A stretch of DNA of 64,000 bases from Candidatus Thorarchaeota archaeon (GTDB lineage Archaea > Asgardarchaeota > Thorarchaeia > Thorarchaeales > Thorarchaeaceae). Positions 57,573 to 64,000 of the stretch are shown piece by piece. The notes below the pieces were generated by a model. It searched no databases. It saw only the letters and a program-made list of their open reading frames with translations, and was not told where the DNA came from. The stretch lies in assembly GCA_048882485.1 (NCBI GenBank), contig JBHLRP010000006.1:42423-106422 (forward strand), in the 5' to 3' direction. How positions within the stretch are numbered: position 1 is the first letter of the stretch; each line of letters begins with the position of its first letter. The translations under genes and the position numbers were made by a program.

Positions 57573-58808
57573 TTAGACGAGGTCGTCTGCAAGAATTCTG
57601 CCCCATTTCTCAGCACACCTCTTCTTCGCTAAAGCAAGGGCAGAGCCGATATGGTCCACACTTGATTTCTTGGACATCCTCTCAGTGAGATTCTCAATTA
57701 GAAATTCGATTGCAGTATACATGTAGTCCAGATCCATTGTTGACATACTATCATTGATTTCGCATCGAATCAAGAGGGGCTCGGGATTCCTAACTGCCAC
57801 CGTCCACGGATGAGCTTCAACTCCTGCCTCCAATGTGGATGCAAAGAACTCGTTCATTCTTGCAGATCCCAGGATGGACTTGCCAAGTTGCAGCAATTCA
57901 TTCAGAACGCATTCATTGGCTAGTATCATTCGTCGCTCGGTTGAAATCCTCTGGACATATCCTCTGTTCACGAGATCACCGAGTTCGAGAGGCAACGATC
58001 CTTCATGCTTCAACTTGAACATTCCCAGATAATATGACAGAGGACTGCGCCCATCGAGAGCACCGATGACTTTCTTTGTTTGGGTCGATATCCCCAAGGG
58101 ATTGCCTCGACTCAGAAGAGTTGAGAGCGCCCCCTCGGAAAGACATAGCATGTCATCCTCTATGGGAACATAAATAATTCGAATAGCATTATGCCAAAAA
58201 GCGAGCGCAACGACATTCTTGGTCTCAGTCAAGCTCATGCTTTGTCTTTTGGCTATCTCTTCAATTTTCTGACCACTCTTGATTCTCATTAGAAACTTCA
58301 TCACATGCATCAGAACTTCGGAGGACTCAATGGGTAGCATCACGGATTCCCAGTCTGCATTTCTAATCACTACAGACTTCTCAGACAATCTATCCAACAC
58401 TATGATTCGCATCACGAATTCGTCGAAGTTGGACAGCGCCTCAACATCAATGCGGTCAAGGTTTCTGAAGCTGCGATAACTCTCCTCAAACTCGCGTATT
58501 ATACGACGGAGCTTGCTCCTGACCTCATTGGTTTCTCTGGATATCGCCATGACGCCTATAGCCCATTCGCCACCCTCAACCAGAAGGACAATGTCTTCAC
58601 CATACTCGGTTTTCCATTGGGTCTGTTCACCTCCCGCCAGGGTTCCAATGAAGCTTGTCATTGCTGAAACAAAACCCGATAGGAGCTGAGGATCCAAACC
58701 TCCTGGAATGAACTCGTGAGAATAAAGAGCTGCACCTGATTCCCGATGAAGAATGAATAGGACCTTCTCATTGGAAAGCTCCTCATCGTATGTCATGGGG
58801 GAGGTCAT
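57573..58808 (-). CDS. Longin-like N-terminal domain protein with winged-helix repeats
   Basis: FILHRESGAALYSHEF...DPQLLSGFVSAMTSF; ALDGRSPL. Confidence 0.7.
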   Translation of the reverse strand: MTSPMTYDEELSNEKVLFILHRESGAALYSHEFIPGGLDPQLLSGFVSAMTSFIGTLAGGEQTQWKTEYGEDIVLLVEGGEWAIGVMAISRETNEVRSKLRRIIREFEESYRSFRNLDRIDVEALSNFDEFVMRIIVLDRLSEKSVVIRNADWESVMLPIESSEVLMHVMKFLMRIKSGQKIEEIAKRQSMSLTETKNVVALAFWHNAIRIIYVPIEDDMLCLSEGALSTLLSRGNPLGISTQTKKVIGALDGRSPLSYYLGMFKLKHEGSLPLELGDLVNRGYVQRISTERRMILANECVLNELLQLGKSILGSARMNEFFASTLEAGVEAHPWTVAVRNPEPLLIRCEINDSMSTMDLDYMYTAIEFLIENLTERMSKKSSVDHIGSALALAKKRCAEKWGRILADDLV

Positions 58809-58896
58809 GTCATGAAACGGTCTGATATTACTGTTTATACTTGTTGTTCATACTAATCTCTAAATTCGGCATATTGCGACAGATTGAACTGTCTTA

Positions 58897-59736
58897 TTGA
58901 CGGAGATGAAACGAAGACACATGAGGGTCAAGTCAGTCCAAGCCAAGAACATCATTACAAAGAGCAATATTCCTGGAATAGACTATGTGATTAACCCGTA
59001 CATTGGCTGCCAGAATGCATGCATTTACTGTTATGCGGAGTTCATGAAGCGTTTCACGGGTCATGGCGGAGAAATATGGGGAGATTTCTTGGATGTCAAG
59101 CAGTTTGGCCTTGAGAAGATCAAGCCGGAGAAGTATGATGGCAGAACAATTCTTCTTAGTTCCGTGACCGACCCATACACACCTTTAGAGGCAAAATATG
59201 AAAACACAAGAAGGATTCTTGAAAGACTCATCAGTACCAAGGCGAATGTTCAGATTTTGACCAAGTCACGGCTTGTAGAACGTGACATCGATCTGTTTCA
59301 GCAGTTCGAGAATATCGAGGTTGGCGTTTCCATGAACACACTGGATGATGAGTTTGCTAGGACTATTGAACCACGCGCATCAAAGCCCAAAGACCGACTG
59401 AAGGCACTTCAGCAAATTGCAGAGATGGGGATTTCCACGTATGTGTTCGTGTCACCAATTTTCCCCAAGATCACTGACTGGATGGCAATAATTGATGCTG
59501 CACGCAACTTTACAAATGAGTTTCATTTCGAGAACCTCAATTTCAGGAGCCATAATGTTACACGCATATTGGGATTAATTGCAGAGAACCATCCTGATTT
59601 GCTGATTCACTTCGATCAGATTAGAAAAGACCCAACAATGTGGGGTACAATGGAAGAGGAAATCGAAGAGTATTGCAGAGCAATGAAACTGGACTATAGA
59701 ATCGAGTTTCATCATGGGGGATTTACCAAGAATTAG
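58897..59736 (+). CDS. Radical SAM protein, spore photoproduct lyase-like family
   Basis: NPYIGCQNACIYCYA, SSVTDPY, LTKS, IEP. Confidence 0.9.
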   Translation: MTEMKRRHMRVKSVQAKNIITKSNIPGIDYVINPYIGCQNACIYCYAEFMKRFTGHGGEIWGDFLDVKQFGLEKIKPEKYDGRTILLSSVTDPYTPLEAKYENTRRILERLISTKANVQILTKSRLVERDIDLFQQFENIEVGVSMNTLDDEFARTIEPRASKPKDRLKALQQIAEMGISTYVFVSPIFPKITDWMAIIDAARNFTNEFHFENLNFRSHNVTRILGLIAENHPDLLIHFDQIRKDPTMWGTMEEEIEEYCRAMKLDYRIEFHHGGFTKN

Positions 59737-59794
59737 TGCTCAATCTTTATGAGGTATTAAGATTGTAGATGTAAGTGAGTTAGGTGAAATTCAG

Positions 59795-60133
59795 TTGTCA
59801 AAGTGGTATTCATCAAGTTCACCACGAGGCGTAAGAGTCCTTGCAGACTTTGAGATTCTCATAGGTATTGCCTATATTCTATTAGGCACATTCCTGCTCT
59901 ACTTCCTTGTAATCTCAGGTGTAGGCGCTATTGCTTTTGGCCTCGCTCTGATATACATGGGATGGGCATTAGACAAGCTAGAAGTTTGGGCGTGGCGAGG
60001 GAGCCTATTGGTGAATGGGGCGATTTGCGTTAGTAATATTATATTTGGCGGTGACTATCTTTCCTTTATCCTTTCCTTGGCGATTAGCATCTATTTATTG
60101 ACTCCTGGAGTTCGAAGCCGGTTCTTTCAATGA
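59795..60133 (+). CDS. Four-TM small membrane protein
   Basis: PRGVRVLA...WAW...YLLTPGVRSRF. Confidence 0.75.
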   Translation: MSKWYSSSSPRGVRVLADFEILIGIAYILLGTFLLYFLVISGVGAIAFGLALIYMGWALDKLEVWAWRGSLLVNGAICVSNIIFGGDYLSFILSLAISIYLLTPGVRSRFFQ

Positions 60134-60182
60134 AGGGGTTCGCATTCCCCGCGGTGTTTCTCAGCCAATCATATTGAACCAT

Positions 60183-61106
60183 CTACTTGAATGAAGGCAT
60201 CACTTCCATCGCGAATTTGCGAATCGTTTCAATGCCGGTTTCATCTCGAGGTAATGAAACTAGATAATAGCTGTTTCCTGCATCGTCTGCTGCCTCAACC
60301 AACTTCATGAACTCACTGATGTCTGTGATTCTTCTTTGCATCATGCCACCAGTCATGAATCCAATCTTGTCTGCTCTTCTTGCATCTTGGGCGGCATTTA
60401 ACACCCTTTCCCTCGCTGCCAATGGATCATATTCTCCAAATGGTGGAAGGTAAATGACATCCCCATATTTCCCAGATAGCGAGAGCATCCGGTTTCCTCT
60501 GCTCCCAAAGAGTAGTTGTGGGTAGGGCTTCTGGATAGGCTTGGGCTCAAGGACTGCGCCTTTTGCCCGGTAGAATTTACCGTTGAAATCCACCTTTTCC
60601 TTCGTCCATAATTCAAGAATTAGCTCAAGCCCCTCGTGTGTCTTGTCTACCCTCATCTTTGATTTATTCCACACACTGTATCCTTCGAACTCAGTTTGGG
60701 ACCAACCAGCTCCAACTCCGGCAATGACTCTACCGTTTGACAATATGTCCAATGTAGAAATCATCTTTGCCAAAAGACCAGGCGGCCTGAAGGGGATAGG
60801 TGTGACCATCGTGCCAAGACGGATTTGCTCAGTCTTTGCAGCGAGATAGGACAGAGTAATCCAGGTTTCCACAGTCACATTTGAATCAGGACGTGACATT
60901 GGGCCGCCGCCCATTTCTCCCCACATATAGTGGTCAGGCATCAGTGCCCCGTCATAACCAAGTTTGTCGGCTTCAAGTATTGAATTCTTAACAAGTTCAA
61001 AATCATTGAACCAATTTCCAAGTCCGCCCAACATGAATTTCATAGCATTCATGTCATTCCAAATTCCGTTATTTGAACCCACTGGAACCGCAGAAGAAAG
61101 TGACAA
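60183..61106 (-). CDS. Luciferase-like (LLM) flavin/F420-dependent oxidoreductase
   Basis: PDHY, TEQIRLGTMV, LSNGR...GVGAGW, PKPIQKP. Confidence 0.9.
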   Translation of the reverse strand: MSLSSAVPVGSNNGIWNDMNAMKFMLGGLGNWFNDFELVKNSILEADKLGYDGALMPDHYMWGEMGGGPMSRPDSNVTVETWITLSYLAAKTEQIRLGTMVTPIPFRPPGLLAKMISTLDILSNGRVIAGVGAGWSQTEFEGYSVWNKSKMRVDKTHEGLELILELWTKEKVDFNGKFYRAKGAVLEPKPIQKPYPQLLFGSRGNRMLSLSGKYGDVIYLPPFGEYDPLAARERVLNAAQDARRADKIGFMTGGMMQRRITDISEFMKLVEAADDAGNSYYLVSLPRDETGIETIRKFAMEVMPSFK

Positions 61107-61150
61107 TCTGGTGAGAATGCTTTTAGCAAGCGGGTTGGACTGGTGGAATC

Positions 61151-62188
61151 ATGGCAACCCAGCATCAAATCACACAACCCACCGACTTGCTGGATGAGAG
61201 CGGTTATCTGGTGGAGCCGGGGTATGCCACTCAGCTGCTTTGGCGATACGACCGGAGTAAGATAAAGGCAGGATGGCATCGAATCAAGGAATGGGACTAT
61301 TATTACATTTTGAATGGGGACTATGGAATCACCTTTACAATGTCAGACCTTGGTTATGCAGGACTCATGGCTGTTGTATGGCTTGATTTTAGAAGAGGCA
61401 CCTGCACACAAGAGGAAACACTTGCGCTACTCCCAAGGGGAAGGACCAATTTCCCCTCAACATCCAGGGAAGGAAATGTGGAATACCAGGACAAGAAATT
61501 AAAACTTGGCTATTATGTCACGCCTGGGAAGAGGACCATTAGGGTCGATTGTCCTGAATTCACCAGCAAACTGGGAGAGAAGGGACTTTCAGGCGAGATA
61601 GTGCTTCAACAAGACCCAGAAATGGACACAATGGTCATTGCAACATCGTGGAAAGAGAATAGAAAGAAGTTTTACTATAATCAGAAAATCAACTGCATGC
61701 CAGCGGAGGGCACCATTCGAATTGGAGATACCGAATACAGCTTCACTCCAGAGAGTAGTTTTGGCGGACTAGACTGGGGTAGAGGCAACTGGACCTACAG
61801 GAATCGATGGTACTGGGGTTCTGCATCGGGACTGCTGAATGGTGAGTCCTTTGGATGGAACATTGGATATGGATTCAGTGATCGTTCCCCAGCATCGGAG
61901 AACATGATATTCTACAAGGGAAGAGCCCACAAGTTGGATCAGGTGACATTCCATATGGATGTGAATGACTACATGGAACCTTGGAGATTCTCAAGCAACG
62001 ACGGTCGGTTTGAGATGGACTTTGAACCAATATTGGATCGCTATGGGAAATTCAACTTGCTACTTATCAAGTCTGAACAACATCAGGTGTTCGGACGATT
62101 CACAGGCAAAGTGGTTCTTGACGATGGAACAGAGCTAAGTGTAGACCGTTTCCTTGGTTTTGCAGAAGATGTTTACAATAGATGGTAA
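61151..62188 (+). CDS. DUF2804-like protein
   Basis: KEWDYY, LDWGRG.W, W.W, HQVFGRFTG, GFAE...RW. Confidence 0.8.
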   Translation: MATQHQITQPTDLLDESGYLVEPGYATQLLWRYDRSKIKAGWHRIKEWDYYYILNGDYGITFTMSDLGYAGLMAVVWLDFRRGTCTQEETLALLPRGRTNFPSTSREGNVEYQDKKLKLGYYVTPGKRTIRVDCPEFTSKLGEKGLSGEIVLQQDPEMDTMVIATSWKENRKKFYYNQKINCMPAEGTIRIGDTEYSFTPESSFGGLDWGRGNWTYRNRWYWGSASGLLNGESFGWNIGYGFSDRSPASENMIFYKGRAHKLDQVTFHMDVNDYMEPWRFSSNDGRFEMDFEPILDRYGKFNLLLIKSEQHQVFGRFTGKVVLDDGTELSVDRFLGFAEDVYNRW

Positions 62189-62210
62189 TGCGGAAGAATA
62201 TGAGCTATAA

Positions 62211-63047
62211 TCAGCTGAAGAATATCAATTCGAAAACGATGAATAGAGTTGCAAGTCCTATAGAAGAGTATATAGCTGTATTATCTGAATTCGAAATAGC
62301 TGTTCGAGACAAACTATGAAATGTGCGACTTCCCTTGACATAGACACTAGCTAAGAGTATCGTTGTTATTGTCATACTGATAACATTTGCAATTCCGACA
62401 TACAATTCTGAAGGATTGAATGCAAGCGCAAATGCAATCATCCCAATTCCATGAAGAGTCAATCCGATGAATAGAATTGAAAATACTCGGGAAAAGGGAT
62501 GGTCAGGAGAAATTCCCAATAGCGGGAACAAAAGAATAAACGCGATTGCGCCAAGAATGACCAAGAGAACTCCCAAAACTTGAAGGAGGATAGCTGGAAC
62601 TCCTGATGAAATCATGATTATGACATCGCTGCCAGCAACACCTGTGCCAGCTAGGAAGTATCCCGCGCTTGAGAGAAAAGCAATCGGAGCAGACATCAAT
62701 AGGGGAGTTAGTTTGGGACTACGCCATTGCCAAATTGCCGCGCCTACAATTGCTCCGAATAGGAGTTCGGCTATAGTACCGGCACTCGTTACGAACAGAA
62801 GTGAGGCTGAAGGGATTGATGAGAGGGGACGAGCCATCGATAGGCTGAAGGGATTCAATACAAGCTGGAAGTTAATGGAGATGGAAACCAGGGCAAGTGC
62901 ATGGCCAACCTCATGGACTGCCGTCGTGAGCAAGAGAGCAATAATGTACGAACCAAGAAGCAGCAAGGACGATTCGTATTTGGTTGGCGTCGAATTATAA
63001 TCAGAGGGGAGGCGGGAATCGTTGCTAGGTTGACTCGTGAGTGTCAT
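62211..63047 (-). CDS. Membrane protein with HExxH (M50-like peptidase)
   Basis: VHEVGH in the first TM, SAG, GSD; multiple TMs. Confidence 0.65.
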   Translation of the reverse strand: MTLTSQPSNDSRLPSDYNSTPTKYESSLLLLGSYIIALLLTTAVHEVGHALALVSISINFQLVLNPFSLSMARPLSSIPSASLLFVTSAGTIAELLFGAIVGAAIWQWRSPKLTPLLMSAPIAFLSSAGYFLAGTGVAGSDVIIMISSGVPAILLQVLGVLLVILGAIAFILLFPLLGISPDHPFSRVFSILFIGLTLHGIGMIAFALAFNPSELYVGIANVISMTITTILLASVYVKGSRTFHSLSRTAISNSDNTAIYSSIGLATLFIVFELIFFS

Positions 63048-63108
63048 TGGATTAAAGCATCCGTCTGCAGCGGGACATTGTCCGAATTATAACAGTATCT
63101 AAGAAGGA

Positions 63109-63137
63109 AATGGGGCCCGAAGGAGGAATCGAACCCC
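63109..63137 (-). repeat. Duplicated tRNA-His 3' end (att-like)
   Basis: AATGGGGCCCGAAGGAGGAATCGAACCCC, 28/29 identical to 63713-63741. Confidence 0.9.
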
Positions 63138-63278
63138 TGACAAGAATGGTTCCATAGGAAAAGAAAAGCACCTCATCATGTGTTCGTTGAAAGTGCAGCT
63201 TGACCAGTCTTTTTAGCCAATTTGGTCTATTAGTATGGCAGCATTGGCCAATGGTATCAAGTAACAATCGAGATTTCA

Positions 63279-63710
63279 TTGGATTCTTTGGATGACGAAA
63301 GAGGTGGATTGATGTCCTTCGTTACTGAGGAAATGAGAGGTTTTGTGAAGTCCGTTTCGAGAGGGCTCATCGCTACTATCGACAGAGATGGTTACCCTCA
63401 TGTAACAGTCAAGAATGGTCGATTGAGGAAAGACGGCGTCTTGGAGCTTTGGGGCGTCTTTGGAGAAGCAACTGTGAACAATCTCAAGAGAGATCCCAAA
63501 ATCTGTGTGACCTTTGCTGATTTTGACACCGCATGGGGCTACCGATTCAAGGGAAGAGCGAGTGTGACCACCAGCGGAGAACGATATGAGAAGGTGAGAA
63601 ACAATCTGGAGAAGATGGGATGGACTCTAAAGGAACTCATTACAGTTGAAGTAGAGGATATTACACTCATTTCACAGATTCCAGAAGAAGTGGATAAGAA
63701 AGTCAATTAG
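63279..63710 (+). CDS. Pyridoxamine 5'-phosphate oxidase-like FMN-binding protein
   Basis: IATIDRDGYPHV, TVNNLKRDPKI, GYRFKGRA. Confidence 0.88.
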   Translation: MDSLDDERGGLMSFVTEEMRGFVKSVSRGLIATIDRDGYPHVTVKNGRLRKDGVLELWGVFGEATVNNLKRDPKICVTFADFDTAWGYRFKGRASVTTSGERYEKVRNNLEKMGWTLKELITVEVEDITLISQIPEEVDKKVN

Positions 63711-63714
63711 GCAA

Positions 63715-63789
63715 TGGGGCCCGAAGGGGGAATCGAACCCCCGTCAGGGGAGCCACAATCCCCTATGCTGCCATTACACCACTCGGGCC
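63715..63789 (-). tRNA. tRNA-His(GUG) with encoded G-1 and CCA
   Basis: G-GCCCGAG...GGGGA-TTGTGGC-TCCCC...GGGGG-TTCGATT-CCCCC-TTCGGGC-C-CCA. Confidence 0.95.
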
Positions 63790-64000
63790 ATTGCTGTTGT
63801 GGCCAGCGATGACACGCTCCACGATTTTGGCTTATTAGCTTATCCTTCTAGAACTACTTGAACATCACAGGTTCTGCGCTTATGGCAATACTATTAGGAA
63901 ACAGGAGTTTGCTGTTTCCGATTAATCTACGGACGTGATATACTAGATGCGGCTAGGCCTTGCACAAATGGAGTTGAAACTCGGGGATGTTGCTTACAAT

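Noticed and set aside
60135-60150. GGGGTTCGCATTCCCC as a tRNA T-arm remnant
   Set aside because: 8-nt loop, opposite orientation to the tRNA-His att copy and no acceptor-stem match; more likely a small intergenic hairpin.
387-63279. Numerous 60-200 aa antisense or off-frame ORFs in the track
   Set aside because: Shadows of well-supported genes, with no recognisable motifs.

Overview
Archaeal chromosomal window, most likely from an Asgard archaeon (Thorarchaeia-like). This is inferred from a Rab-like GTPase, three Bet3/TRAPP-V4R proteins, longin/roadblock-like and alpha-SNAP-like proteins, S26e, L13e, aIF-5A, Nob1, class I CCA-adding enzyme and class I LysRS. Most of the window is housekeeping or metabolic: ino1, glnA, a Ni/Co ECF transporter with NikR, a beta-oxidation cluster, and tRNA-Leu(CAG) and tRNA-His(GUG). 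The main unexplained structure lies at ~26.3-32.4 kb, anchored in the rpl13e promoter. It is a tandem array of about 7 single-gene cassettes. Most boundaries carry a ~70-bp composite site of fixed geometry: an 11-6-11 imperfect palindrome, then 21 bp, then the core ATTAGGCTTTCGAGATGGCA. The sites decay with distance from rpl13e, and no integrase is present in the window. It looks like an integron-analogous cassette-capture system that is neither attC-based nor CRISPR. Two further integrase-less single-gene inserts sit at the 3' ends of the two tRNAs. Other oddities are a class I LysRS lacking both HIGH and KMSKS catalytic residues, a BHB intron at tRNA-Leu position 43/44, and a NikM-N-Q triple fusion. 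All calls come from reading the sequence by eye; no database searches were run.
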